From a bacterium (GTDB lineage: Bacteria; Patescibacteriota; Minisyncoccia; Phycocordibacterales; Phycocordibacteraceae), in NCBI GenBank assembly GCA_023267755.1, contig JAHFMR010000003.1, positions 7,315-71,314 of the forward strand: DNA of 64,000 nucleotides. The letters run 5' to 3'. The notes under the pieces are model-generated. The model was not told where the DNA came from. It did no database searches and saw only the letters and a program-made list of their open reading frames with translations. Within the stretch, counting starts at the first letter, position 1, and each line of letters starts with the position of its first letter. Shown here one piece after another: positions 28,551-38,643 of this stretch. Both the position numbers and the translations under genes were made by a program.

Positions 28551-29804
28551 ATGACCCTCGCAGAAGAACTGAAGGGGCGCGGATTGATTGATCATTTCTC
28601 CGCAGAGCCGGAACTGATACTCGGTACGCCGCGCACGGTGTATGTGGGTGTCGACCCAACTGCCGACTCGCTCCACGTCGGACATCTCGCGTGGGTCCTC
28701 CTGATGAAGCGCCTGGGTGGAGCGGGGCACAAGCTCTTCTTCCTCGTAGGCGGCGGCACTGGGATGATTGGCGACCCTAAGGAGAAAGGGGAGCGCCCAA
28801 TGCTCGACGAAAAGACTGTCGCTAAGAATACTGCGGCACTCAAAACGCAGCTTAAGAAGATCCTCGGAGGCACCTCCTTCAAGATGGTCGACAATGCCGA
28901 CTGGCTGATGAGTGTGAAGCTAGTGCCATTCCTACGTGATGTGGGAAAGCACTTCACGGTGAACGATCTCGTGAAGCGCGACATCATCAAGAAGCGTCTG
29001 GAGACGCCCGACGAGAGTATCTCGTACACCGAGTTCACCTATTCACTCCTCCAGGGCTATGACTATCAGGTGCTCCACGAGAAGTACGGCGTCGATCTCG
29101 AGATTGGCGGCTCTGACCAGTGGACGAACATCCTCTCGGGCGTCGATCTCATCCGCAAGCGTCTCGGGAAGCAGGTCTTCGCACTCGGAGTGCCGCTCGT
29201 CACCGACGCCGCAGGGAAGAAGTTTGGTAAGAGCGAGGGGAACGCTATCTGGCTCGACGCCAGGAAGACGTCGCCCTTTAAGTTCTATCAGTTCTGGATT
29301 AATCTCCCCGATCAAGAACTCGAGAAATATCTCAAGGTCTATACCACTCTCCCGCTTTCTGAAATAAACGCACTAATGGAACTCCACCAACGAAATCCGG
29401 GCGAGCGCCAGGCTCAAGAGACGCTCGCGCGGCTCGTGACCGAGACAGTGCACGGCCCCGCCGCCACGGCTCAGGCCGCTGCTGCTTCTGACGCGCTCTT
29501 TGGCGATACACCCTTCCACGAGCTCTCGCGTGATGCCCGCGCGGTCGCACTCGCTGAAGCATCATCAGTTTCCCTATCAAGGTCGAACCTTGAAGCTGGG
29601 TACTCACTCGCTGAAGCGCTTGTGGCGGGCGGCCTCGCCACGAGCAAGGGGGATGCGCGTCGACTGATAGAGGGGAAGGGAATTACGCTCTCTGGTCTCC
29701 CTATCACCAACCCCGACCAGAAGCTCTATACGGGTGACCTGTCGGGCGGCTACGCTCTTGTGCGCAAAGGGAAGCAGGGCGTCCTGATTCTTGTTTTGAA
29801 ATAA
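28551..29804 (+). CDS. tyrS: Tyrosine--tRNA ligase
   Basis: YVGVDPTADSLHVGH, GGSDQW.NI, KFGKSEG, C-terminal S4 domain. Confidence 0.97.
   Translation: MTLAEELKGRGLIDHFSAEPELILGTPRTVYVGVDPTADSLHVGHLAWVLLMKRLGGAGHKLFFLVGGGTGMIGDPKEKGERPMLDEKTVAKNTAALKTQLKKILGGTSFKMVDNADWLMSVKLVPFLRDVGKHFTVNDLVKRDIIKKRLETPDESISYTEFTYSLLQGYDYQVLHEKYGVDLEIGGSDQWTNILSGVDLIRKRLGKQVFALGVPLVTDAAGKKFGKSEGNAIWLDARKTSPFKFYQFWINLPDQELEKYLKVYTTLPLSEINALMELHQRNPGERQAQETLARLVTETVHGPAATAQAAAASDALFGDTPFHELSRDARAVALAEASSVSLSRSNLEAGYSLAEALVAGGLATSKGDARRLIEGKGITLSGLPITNPDQKLYTGDLSGGYALVRKGKQGVLILVLK
29577..29593. repeat. Short palindrome in-frame in tyrS
   Basis: TCAAGGT-CGA-ACCTTGA at the linker before the S4 domain. Confidence 0.55.
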
Positions 29805-29840
29805 CTGCCGCTTTCGGCTATAGTGAGTAAGTTATCACCT

Positions 29841-29923
29841 GCGTCGGTGGTAGAGTGGTCAATTACAACAGGCTGTAAACCTGTCGGCTTCGGCCTACGA
29901 AGGTTCGAATCCTTCCCGGCGCA
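29841..29923 (+). tRNA. tRNA-Tyr(GTA), CCA not encoded
   Basis: Acceptor GCGTCGG/CCGGCGC, anticodon arm ACAGG-CTGTAAA-CCTGT, long variable arm, GGTTCGAATCC. Confidence 0.96.
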
Positions 29924-30039
29924 CAAAATAAGCGGAGCGCATTTTGTGCGCCGGAGCACGCTTGGGATACTTGTGCTATCTAACCTGTTGTGGTATAGTT
30001 CTCCCCGGTCAGTTTCGGCCTGTTCATTGGAGAGAAAGC

Positions 30040-30333
30040 ATGTCTGCATTGGATGGCGTCACTTGTATCACTCCGGCAAATGTCGGCCTCTGGATTAAGA
30101 AAGCAGAAACGAGGAAGCGCGTGCCGAGAAGCAGGCACTTGTCGATCGTCATGGTTAACATCACGACGAAAGAGCAGGAGACACTCCCGGTCATCTCCCG
30201 TATCGGCGATGTGGAAGTTACTGCTGCAATGGTGGAGCGCGACATCGCTGCGTTGAACTATCACTGCGGCGTGCACGGCTACACGGGCGAGAAGTTGCCG
30301 AAGAGACATCTCGCCTTCAAGAGCCTCGCCTAA
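30040..30333 (+). CDS. Hypothetical protein (orphan) downstream of tRNA-Tyr
   Basis: 97-aa ORF, GGAG SD, promoter TTGTGC-N17-TATAGT, strong terminator. Confidence 0.65.
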   Translation: MSALDGVTCITPANVGLWIKKAETRKRVPRSRHLSIVMVNITTKEQETLPVISRIGDVEVTAAMVERDIAALNYHCGVHGYTGEKLPKRHLAFKSLA

Positions 30334-30352
30334 GCGAGAGCCGTGCCGTATC

Positions 30353-30393
30353 GAAGCCATCGGACAGTTTCTGTCCGATGGCTTCATCTTTTT
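30353..30393 (+). terminator. Intrinsic terminator
   Basis: 15-bp perfect stem GAAGCCATCGGACAG-ttt-CTGTCCGATGGCTTC followed by ATCTTTTT. Confidence 0.85.
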
Positions 30394-30427
30394 GTAGGAA
30401 AGTAGGCAATCATGATATCGTGCCACT

Positions 30428-31504
30428 ATGGATTTCCTTTACCAGCACGCGTTGAAGCCAATCTTGTTTAAGTTCCACCCCGACCTGATGCACGACCTCT
30501 TCGTGAATATCGGTGAACTCGTCGGGCGGTTCGCGCCACTGCGCGTGCTCTTTGGCTCCTTCTATAACTATCACGGCACAGACATCAGCAAGGCGGTCGA
30601 CGGCATCACCTATCGTACGCCGATCATCCTCTCTGCCGGCTTTGACGCCGACGGTCGACTCACTCAGATACTCCCCACGCTCGCCTTTGGCGGAGAAGAA
30701 ATCGGCTCCGTCACTGCGCACCCCTGCGAGGGCAACCCGAAGCCGCACTTGAAGCGACTCATCCGCAATAAGAGCATCGTGGTCTATAAGGGCCTGCGGA
30801 ACGCGGGTGTCGATGCGCTTATCAAGAAGCTCGCGCGGACACTGCGCATCCCCGGCTTCGTACTCGGTATCTCAATAGCGCGCACCAACGAGCCAGAATC
30901 CTCGACCGACGTGGAGGCGGGTATCCGCGACTATGTCGACTCCTTCAAGAAGCTGAACGCTACCCATACTGGCGATTACTACACCATTAATATTTCCTGT
31001 CCGAACGCGTATACCGGCGAGACATTTATCGACCCAGCCCTTTTCGCACAGCTGATGCCGCGCCTCGCCGAGGTGCCGCACACCAAGCCGGTCTATATCA
31101 AGATGCCTATCAATATCCCTTGGGAACAATTCGAGAAGCTGCTCGCCATCGCCGACGAGAACGCCGCGCAGGGCGTCATCATCGGCAATTTAAATAAGAA
31201 TTATACCCACCTCACCTATCCGGAGGACGCTCCTAAGGAGTTCCGTGGCGGACTCTCCGGTAGACCGACCTTCGCTCTCTCAAACGAGCTCATCCGCAAG
31301 ACCCGCGAGAGGTATGGGAAGCGCTTCACGATTATCGGCACAGGAGGTATCTTCACACCCGAAGATGCGCTCGCCAAGTTTGCCGCTGGCGCTGACCTCG
31401 TCCAGCTCGTCTCGGGGATGATCTTCGAGGGGCCGGGGCTTATGCGCGCTATCTGCGAGCGATATGCCCAGTATCACAACAGCGGAGCGGGCGTGGTATC
31501 GTAG
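30428..31504 (+). CDS. pyrD: Dihydroorotate dehydrogenase (quinone-type architecture)
   Basis: N-terminal helical extension, SAGFD, GSVT, GNPKP, NISCPN, GGLSGRP, IIGTGGI, GADLVQ. Confidence 0.9.
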   Translation: MDFLYQHALKPILFKFHPDLMHDLFVNIGELVGRFAPLRVLFGSFYNYHGTDISKAVDGITYRTPIILSAGFDADGRLTQILPTLAFGGEEIGSVTAHPCEGNPKPHLKRLIRNKSIVVYKGLRNAGVDALIKKLARTLRIPGFVLGISIARTNEPESSTDVEAGIRDYVDSFKKLNATHTGDYYTINISCPNAYTGETFIDPALFAQLMPRLAEVPHTKPVYIKMPINIPWEQFEKLLAIADENAAQGVIIGNLNKNYTHLTYPEDAPKEFRGGLSGRPTFALSNELIRKTRERYGKRFTIIGTGGIFTPEDALAKFAAGADLVQLVSGMIFEGPGLMRAICERYAQYHNSGAGVVS

Positions 31505-31508
31505 TGTA

Positions 31509-32465
31509 ATGACCTCACAACCTGTCCTCGTCTCTGGCGTGAAGCCGACCGGCGACCTCCATATCGGTAACTACTTTGGCGCGATGCGCCAATTTGTCGA
31601 CCTCGTGGCGAGCGGGAAGTATCGCCCCTTCATCTTCGTCGCCGACTATCACGCGCTCAACACGATGCAAGACGCCGAGGAGATGCGCCGTCGCACCCGC
31701 GAGCTAGTAATGGCGTATCTGGCTATCGGCCTCGATCCAGAGAAAGTGGTCTTCTTCAAACAATCAGATGTGCCCGCGCACACCGAGCTCGCGTGGATCT
31801 TTGACACTATTACCACGATGCCGTACCTGATGCGTGCGCACGCCTACAAAGATGCTGAGGCCAAGAATAAAGAGATCTCGGTGGGCACTTTCAACTATCC
31901 GCTCCTGATGGCTGCCGATATCCTCCTCTATGACGCCTCTATCGTCCCGGTGGGTGCTGATCAGAAACAGCACGTGGAGTACACGCGCGACACAGCGGAG
32001 AAGTTTAATCGCGTTTTCAATACCGATCTCTTCAAGCTCCCCGAAGCCCACATTATGCCCGACGTCGCTGTGGTCCCCGGCACCGACGGGCAGAAGATGA
32101 GCAAGAGCCACGGGAACGTCATCCCGCTCTTTTGCACCCGTGACGAACTCGCTAAGGCGGTGATGAGTATCGTCACCGACTCGAGTGGAGAACGCCCGAA
32201 AAATGTCTACGCGATACACAAGCTGGTACGCAGTGAGCAGGAGCTAGAGCAGATATATACTGAACACCAAGGGAATTACAAACTCTTGAAAGAGCTCCTT
32301 ATCGAAGACCTCGACCGCTATCTCGCGCCGATTCGCGCCAAGTATGAGTCACTTAAAGAGGATCCGACCATCGTCGAGCGGGTGCTCGAGGCAGGGAAGC
32401 GCGAAGCACGTGCGGTAAGCGAGACCAAGATGGAGCAGGTGCGCAAGGCAATCGGCGTCGCGTAG
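31509..32465 (+). CDS. trpS: Tryptophan--tRNA ligase
   Basis: SGVKPTG.LHIGNY, YPLLMAADIL, VPVGADQ.QH.E, KMSKS. Confidence 0.97.
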   Translation: MTSQPVLVSGVKPTGDLHIGNYFGAMRQFVDLVASGKYRPFIFVADYHALNTMQDAEEMRRRTRELVMAYLAIGLDPEKVVFFKQSDVPAHTELAWIFDTITTMPYLMRAHAYKDAEAKNKEISVGTFNYPLLMAADILLYDASIVPVGADQKQHVEYTRDTAEKFNRVFNTDLFKLPEAHIMPDVAVVPGTDGQKMSKSHGNVIPLFCTRDELAKAVMSIVTDSSGERPKNVYAIHKLVRSEQELEQIYTEHQGNYKLLKELLIEDLDRYLAPIRAKYESLKEDPTIVERVLEAGKREARAVSETKMEQVRKAIGVA

Positions 32466-32562
32466 AAATCCTGTCCAGCAGATTTGACTTTTGATATAGG
32501 ACGTGTTACGGTAGTCCCGGACCCAATTCTGGGAAATTGAAAACTGACAAAGGAGGCAGCTA

Positions 32563-33522
32563 ATGCCAAGCAATACGTTCTACGCCGACTCGATGGCGTT
32601 TCTGGCCTTCCAAGGCCAACCGCCCATCTTCGATTCAGCACATCGTCCGCAACTCTCGCTGGCACACGTGACAAGCGTGCCTCCGATTCCTGCGATGCTT
32701 GATTGCGACGCGGCTCTCGCGGCGCATATCAAGTTCACACAGGAGGTACTGTCCAACGCGGACACATATCTGATCAGGAGCCGTAAGAATCTCGACTCTC
32801 GTTCAGGACTCGGCGTCTTGCTCGGTATGCAGCATGCGCCACACGGACTCACGTTCAATCGTGTACAAGACCTGTTCGACTGCGGTGTTCGCGTTATGTC
32901 GCTGGTCTACGGCGGCAAGAGCGACTACGGCTCGGGCTCTGGTGTCGAAGGGGGCCTCACCGACCAAGGGAAGCAGCTCATCCTTTGGATGACCGTGAAC
33001 GAGCTGATTCTCGACCTCTCGCACGCGAACAGTCAAACGGCAAACGAGTCGCTTGACTTCATCCTGCGCCAAAAGCTGGCAATCAGCGTGATGGCCAGCC
33101 ATTCAGGGATTTCTTCAGTCCATCCGCATCCGCGGAATCTGGATGACGAGGTTCCCCGGAAGATATTTCTTCTCGATGGCTATATCGGTGTCCCGGCTAT
33201 GAACTTCATGCTTGGCGAGACCACGATGAGGATGCATATCAACCACATCATCAGCTGGTGCGATGAAAACTGTGTCGGCATCGGCTCGGACTGTCCGCAC
33301 GTCGATATCACGATGGAGCAGGCACGCGAGCAGTACGACCGAATGGTCGCTATGCTCAAGGGGAACATTCCGCAAGGGGTATCATTCCCTGACCGGGCAC
33401 CCAGGCTGATCGAGCACGGCGGCAGTTTGTTCAAGCAGCTGCGCAAGACGATGGCCGATGTTCCTGACGCCGTGTTCGGTCAGAACTTCAAGAACTTCCT
33501 CATCCGTTCCTTACCGCGATAA
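32563..33522 (+). CDS. Membrane dipeptidase (M19) family amidohydrolase
   Basis: GVRVMSL, GLT..GK, LDLSH, ASHS, HPRNL.D, GYIGV, VGIGSD; AAGGAGG SD, TTGACT promoter. Confidence 0.8.
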   Translation: MPSNTFYADSMAFLAFQGQPPIFDSAHRPQLSLAHVTSVPPIPAMLDCDAALAAHIKFTQEVLSNADTYLIRSRKNLDSRSGLGVLLGMQHAPHGLTFNRVQDLFDCGVRVMSLVYGGKSDYGSGSGVEGGLTDQGKQLILWMTVNELILDLSHANSQTANESLDFILRQKLAISVMASHSGISSVHPHPRNLDDEVPRKIFLLDGYIGVPAMNFMLGETTMRMHINHIISWCDENCVGIGSDCPHVDITMEQAREQYDRMVAMLKGNIPQGVSFPDRAPRLIEHGGSLFKQLRKTMADVPDAVFGQNFKNFLIRSLPR

Positions 33523-33544
33523 CAGGAGGTATCGCTCTCATTCT

Positions 33545-33577
33545 CACCCCGCAAAAGATCGCGGGGTGTGTTATTTT
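33545..33577 (+). terminator. Intrinsic terminator
   Basis: CACCCCGC-aaaagatc-GCGGGGTG followed by TGTTATTTT. Confidence 0.7.
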
Positions 33578-33586
33578 ATAGGGTAT

Positions 33587-34933
33587 ATGGAGAGAACAAC
33601 GACAGTGATGCTGGGAGAGAATATCGGCAAGACGGTCTCTATTGCCGGCACGGTAGATATCCGCCGCGACCACGGGAAGCTCGTCTTCCTCGATATCCGC
33701 GACCGCTCGGGGAAGGTGCAGGCTGTCTGCCTCCCGAATCATCCCGAGGCACTCGCCACGGCCCAGACACTCCGCAGCGAATGGGTCGTTAGGATAGAGG
33801 GCGTCGTAAACGAGCGCCCCGAGAAGATGCGCACCGAGGGCACCAATGGCAATATCGAGCTCGAGGCTACTACAATCACCGTCCTCGCACAGGCACAAGA
33901 ATTACCATTTGAGAAAGACACAGCGGTCAACTTGGATACCTATCTCGACTATCTCCCACTCACGCTCCGAAGCGAGAAGGCGCGTGCCGTCTTCCGTGTG
34001 CAGGCCGAGATTGTAAACGCGTATCGCGGCTTCCTCGATCTCCAAGGCTTCACCGAGTTCCAAGCACCTAAGCTTATCGGTGACGACGCTGAGGGTGGCG
34101 CAAACGTCTTCTCGGTACCCTATTTTAATGATAAGACCGCACATCTGGGTACCTCGCCGCAGTTCTACAAGCAGATTATGGTCGGCGTTCTCGAGCGCGT
34201 CTACGCTATTGGTAATGTCTACCGCGCCGAGAAGCACTCCACCACCCGCCACTTAAACGAGTACACCTCGATGGATATCGAGATGGGCTTTATTGAGGAC
34301 CACCGCGACCTGATGGAGCTCGAGACGCGCTTGATGCACGCGCTTATTAACCAGCTGAAGATGAATTGCGCGGGTGAGTTTAAGCTCCTCGGCGCCACAC
34401 TCCCGACCGCGCCCGACACCTTCCCGGTGTTGAAGCTCCGCGAGGCGCTCGAGCTTATCTACCAAGAGACGGGCCGCGACAATCGTGGCGAGCCTGATCT
34501 CGAGCCTGAGGACGAGCGTTGGCTAAGCGAGTGGGCAGCGAAAGAGAAGGGAAGTGACTTTATATTCATCACGCACTATCCAGTTGCGAAGCGTCCGATG
34601 TATACGATGGAAGACGAGTCCGACCCAGGCTACACCAAGAGCTTCGACCTTCTCTTCCGCGGCGTCGAGATAACCACCGGCGGACAACGCCGCCATAACT
34701 ACGACAATCTCGTGGAGGGGATTAAGTCCAAGGGGCTCGACCCAGAGAAGTTCTCTTATTATCTCCAGGCCTTCAAATATGGAATGCCACCGCACGGCGG
34801 GTGGGGGATGGGCCTCGAACGCCTCACGCAGAAGATGCTCGGTCTTGGTAACGTGAAGGAGGCTACGCTCTTCCCACGCGATATTAATCGCATCGACCAG
34901 CTTCTCTCGACCCCGTCCGAGAATGAAGCTTAG
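33587..34933 (+). CDS. aspS: Aspartate--tRNA ligase, short archaeal-like (probably non-discriminating) type
   Basis: RDHGKLVFLDIRDRSG, AEGGA, SPQFYKQ, YRAE.H.T.RHLNE, GMPPHGG.G.GLER; no GAD domain. Confidence 0.92.
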   Translation: MERTTTVMLGENIGKTVSIAGTVDIRRDHGKLVFLDIRDRSGKVQAVCLPNHPEALATAQTLRSEWVVRIEGVVNERPEKMRTEGTNGNIELEATTITVLAQAQELPFEKDTAVNLDTYLDYLPLTLRSEKARAVFRVQAEIVNAYRGFLDLQGFTEFQAPKLIGDDAEGGANVFSVPYFNDKTAHLGTSPQFYKQIMVGVLERVYAIGNVYRAEKHSTTRHLNEYTSMDIEMGFIEDHRDLMELETRLMHALINQLKMNCAGEFKLLGATLPTAPDTFPVLKLREALELIYQETGRDNRGEPDLEPEDERWLSEWAAKEKGSDFIFITHYPVAKRPMYTMEDESDPGYTKSFDLLFRGVEITTGGQRRHNYDNLVEGIKSKGLDPEKFSYYLQAFKYGMPPHGGWGMGLERLTQKMLGLGNVKEATLFPRDINRIDQLLSTPSENEA

Positions 34934-36350
34934 TACTATGAAGATCCTCGTGAAGAAGGGGGATGTTACAGACGCACCAGTAGGGTATGTGCGCATCTGC
35001 TTCACTGATAAGCCAAAGGGAGTAAAACGTTTTATAAAAGAGAAGGGGGTAGAGACACTCGAGATAGGTATCGGCAAGCCCGCAGAGATGAACGTGCGGA
35101 AGTTTATCATCCTCTGCCGCGCTGTCGTGAATGTTGCGAAGACGAATACATGTAAGAAGATTGCGGTGCAATTTGATCAAAATCTCTTTACGAATCTCCA
35201 AGCTGTCGCGCCTGCGCGTCTTGCTCAACTTATGGCAGAGAATTTTGAAATGGCGAACTTCGAGTTCAACGCCTTCAAGACCAAGCCGAAGGAGGGGTGG
35301 GATACGGTGGAGGAGATTCTCGTCTTTGCGCCTGACGTCCGCGAAGTTACTGCGGCTGTGCAGAAGGGATTAGAAATCGGTCGTGCGATAAACGCCTGCC
35401 GCACGCTCGCAAACACGCCTGGCGGCGATATGACGCCGACGCTCCTCGCCAAAGCGGCGCGAGCCGCGGTAAAAGGGCTCCCCGTCACGGTCACCACGCT
35501 TGGCGTTAAGGAGATGCAGAAGCTCGGTATGGGGGCGGTCCTCGGCGTCGCCAAGGGCTCGAGCGAAGCACCAACCTTCACTATCCTCAAGTACCAAGGA
35601 GGGAAGGGGAAACCCGTTGTTCTTGTTGGTAAAGGCGTCACTTTCGACAGCGGCGGACTCAACTTGAAGTCCTCGAACTCTATCTATGAGATGCATATGG
35701 ATATGTCGGGCGGTGCAGCCGTCATCCACGCGGTCGCGCTCGCCGCGCGGCTAAAGCTGAAGTGCTCGGTCGTCGGTCTTATCCCCGCGGTCGAGAATAT
35801 GCCGGGCAACAACGCGGTACGTCCGGGCGACGTTCTCACTTCACTCTCTAAGAAGACCATCGAAGTGCTCGACACCGACGCCGAGGGACGCCTCATCCTC
35901 GCTGATGCGCTCACCTACGCGAAGCGCTTTGATCCCGCAGTCGTTATCGACGCCGCCACGCTCACTGGGGCGGCGATGATAGCACTCGGGCTCCACGCGA
36001 GTGCTCTCATCACTCGCGACGACACGCTTGCACAAGAGCTCGCTGAAGCGGGCGAGTCTTCGGGCGACTATGTGTGGCGACTCCCGCTCTGGGATGAATA
36101 TGCGGATCGGGTGAAGGGTACTTTTGCTGATTTAAAAAATGTCCCGGGTGGGTCGACAAGCCGCTACGGCGGGTCGATAGATGGCGGGATGTTCCTCTGG
36201 CAATTCGCCAAGGAGCTCGATTGCCCCTGGGCGCATCTCGATATCGCACCGCGTATGACAGCGGCGCCCGGAGATGAGCTCGCCGAGGGCGCCGCGGGTG
36301 AACCGGTACGACTCTTTTTCCGCTTTATCGAGGGGCGGTCGAAGCAATAA
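34923..36350 (+). CDS. pepA: Leucyl aminopeptidase (M17)
   Basis: GKGVTFDSGG, DMSGGA, ENMP, DTDAEGRL.LAD, ATLTGA, WAHLDIA. Confidence 0.93.
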   Translation: MKLSTMKILVKKGDVTDAPVGYVRICFTDKPKGVKRFIKEKGVETLEIGIGKPAEMNVRKFIILCRAVVNVAKTNTCKKIAVQFDQNLFTNLQAVAPARLAQLMAENFEMANFEFNAFKTKPKEGWDTVEEILVFAPDVREVTAAVQKGLEIGRAINACRTLANTPGGDMTPTLLAKAARAAVKGLPVTVTTLGVKEMQKLGMGAVLGVAKGSSEAPTFTILKYQGGKGKPVVLVGKGVTFDSGGLNLKSSNSIYEMHMDMSGGAAVIHAVALAARLKLKCSVVGLIPAVENMPGNNAVRPGDVLTSLSKKTIEVLDTDAEGRLILADALTYAKRFDPAVVIDAATLTGAAMIALGLHASALITRDDTLAQELAEAGESSGDYVWRLPLWDEYADRVKGTFADLKNVPGGSTSRYGGSIDGGMFLWQFAKELDCPWAHLDIAPRMTAAPGDELAEGAAGEPVRLFFRFIEGRSKQ

Positions 36351-36356
36351 ACCGCT

Positions 36357-37079
36357 ATGCCATTTTCTATAAAAACAGATACCTACGAAGGACCGTTCGA
36401 GGTACTGCTCGACCTTATCGAGGCGCGCAAGCTCCTGGTCAATGAGTTCACGCTCGCAGACATCACCGAGGACTTTATCCAACACGTGCGCGCACAAGAA
36501 GCGTTCCCGGTAGAAGAGACAGCGAGCTTCATCCACATCGCGGCGACGCTTCTGCTTATCAAGTCGAAATCACTTATCCCTGACCTCATCCTCTCTGACG
36601 ACGAGAATGCCGATGTCGCCGATCTCGAGCGCCGACTCGCCGCCTATGAGAAGGTGCGCGAGGCCGCACGCGAGATCACACGCCTCTTCGGTAAGACGAT
36701 GATGGTGCCCGCGGGGGCTCGTATACCCGAGCCCGTCTTCTCGCCCGCGCGCGACCTTTCAGCCGCTGCGCTCGCCGAGGCGCTCGCGCGCGTCCTCGCT
36801 GCCCGCGAAGTGGTCGAGGCGCTACCCGAGGCACGCGTCAAGCCGCTCATCTCGATAGAGGAGATGATGGACCAGCTCGCCAAGCGAGTACAGAGCGCGA
36901 TGACTCTCTCCTTCAAAGATTTCCATGGGGGAACAAAAGAAAAAGTGGAGGTCATCGTCTCCTTCCTCGCACTCCTCGAGCTGGTGAAGCAGGGTGCGGT
37001 TGCCGCCGAACAATACGGCACTTATGGCGATATCCGCATCAGCCACACCGCCGCCGAGTCTGTCCCGCGATACGGTTAA
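36357..37079 (+). CDS. scpA: Segregation and condensation protein A
   Basis: YEGPFEVLLDLI, AATLLLIKSKSLIP, VSFLALLELVK. Confidence 0.93.
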   Translation: MPFSIKTDTYEGPFEVLLDLIEARKLLVNEFTLADITEDFIQHVRAQEAFPVEETASFIHIAATLLLIKSKSLIPDLILSDDENADVADLERRLAAYEKVREAAREITRLFGKTMMVPAGARIPEPVFSPARDLSAAALAEALARVLAAREVVEALPEARVKPLISIEEMMDQLAKRVQSAMTLSFKDFHGGTKEKVEVIVSFLALLELVKQGAVAAEQYGTYGDIRISHTAAESVPRYG

Positions 37080-37134
37080 ACATCCCCAAGACAGGGCGTT
37101 GCCGGAGAGGGGGTGCACGATTATACTAAGGAAG

Positions 37135-37688
37135 ATGCTTACGCCTCCTGCCGCCCTCCACGCACTCCTTTTCGCTTCAGGTGAGCCGCTCGAGAAGAAG
37201 CAATTGATCAAGCTCCTCGGGATTAAGGACGCCGAGCTCGCGCTCGTGACCAAGGCTCTGGTGAGCATAGTAAAAGGGAGTGGCACTGCACTTATAGAGA
37301 CCGCAGACGCACTCGAGCTACGCACCTCGCCCGAGGCGGCCCCCATAGTGAAGAAGCTCCGTGAGAGTGAGCTCTCGCGTGACTTGGGTAAGGCAAGCCT
37401 CGAGACGCTCGCGGTTATCGCCTATCAGACGGGTGCCTCGCGGGGCGAGGTAGACTGGGTGCGTGGTGTGAACTCTTCCACCTCGCTTCGCACCCTGCTT
37501 ATGCGCGGGCTCATAGAGGGGAGGGAAGACGAGCGCGACAAGCGCCGTATCCGTTATAGCCTCACGACCGAGGCGCTCGCTCACTTGGGGATTACGAACG
37601 CGAGTGAACTCCCGCGTGCTGAGGAGCTCCGCACCGGTGCGGAGGCGATTATCACCGAAGAAACGGCAGAAGCGGAGGCGGCTGCATA
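37135..37688 (+). CDS. scpB: Segregation and condensation protein B
   Basis: ALLFASGEPL, ASLETLAVIAY, VRGVNS, L..RGLI; follows scpA (stop codon ends 37689). Confidence 0.92.
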
Positions 37689-37692
37689 ACCT

Positions 37693-38640
37693 ATGGACTC
37701 TTCCGAACTTCAGAAACTGGCCCAACACACTCGCTTTATGCGCGAGGCAGGCTTCGCGCTCCTTATCGCTTCCGGGTTCCTCGCAGTTCTCCTCTTCGTT
37801 CCGTTCGGAACAAAAGAAGCTCCCGTTGCGACCGCAACAATTACGGCTTCAACAACACCCGATGCTTTTGCTGCTGTTCCGCTCGAAGCAAAGGCTGCTG
37901 TCGTCTACGACCTCGTGACTGGCGAGACACTGTATGAAAAGAATCCTGATGCCCAGCTCCCACTCGCCTCGCTCACTAAGCTGCTCACCGTGTATGCAGC
38001 GCTCGCTGAACTCTCACCGAATACGCCTATTACTATCTCCGTTGCCGCTACAGGATCCGAAGCGCCGCACGCCTTTAATGCTGGACAGGTGTTCTCGCTC
38101 TCCGACCTCGCGCGTCTGACGCTCACTGCGTCACTAAATGATGGCGCCGCCGCGATTATTGAAGCGGCGGCAACGCGCCAGAACCGTACGGCTAATGAAG
38201 CGCTCGCGAGCGCGGCTACTGCGCTCGACCTCGCTCAGACCTACGCGGTCAATGGTAGCGGCCTCGATGCGAGCGAAGTTACCTCGGGCGGCTACGGATC
38301 CGCGCGTGACATCGCTCGCCTGGCCGGCGCACTGGTCGAGAAGGCTCCGGACATCGCCGCGGCAACAACAGAAGACACGGCCCGTGCTGTCTCTGCTGGT
38401 GGCACCGTCTTCACTGTGAAAAATACCGATCCTCTGACTGCAACTTTCCCGCATCTCCTCCTCTCCAAGACCGGTTACACGAGTCTTGCTGGCGGCAATC
38501 TCGCCCTCGTCTTTGATGCCGGTATCGGTCACCCTATCGCGGTCGTCGTCCTCGGCTCCTCGCAGAAAGCCCGCTTCACCGATGGAACTGCGCTCGTGAA
38601 CGCGACGCTTGCACACTTCGCCGGTGTCGCCTCGCTGTAA
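37693..38640 (+). CDS. D-alanyl-D-alanine carboxypeptidase (S11)
   Basis: ASLTKL (SxxK), SLND (SxN), SKTGYT (KTG). Confidence 0.88.
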   Translation: MDSSELQKLAQHTRFMREAGFALLIASGFLAVLLFVPFGTKEAPVATATITASTTPDAFAAVPLEAKAAVVYDLVTGETLYEKNPDAQLPLASLTKLLTVYAALAELSPNTPITISVAATGSEAPHAFNAGQVFSLSDLARLTLTASLNDGAAAIIEAAATRQNRTANEALASAATALDLAQTYAVNGSGLDASEVTSGGYGSARDIARLAGALVEKAPDIAAATTEDTARAVSAGGTVFTVKNTDPLTATFPHLLLSKTGYTSLAGGNLALVFDAGIGHPIAVVVLGSSQKARFTDGTALVNATLAHFAGVASL

Positions 38641-38643
38641 TCT

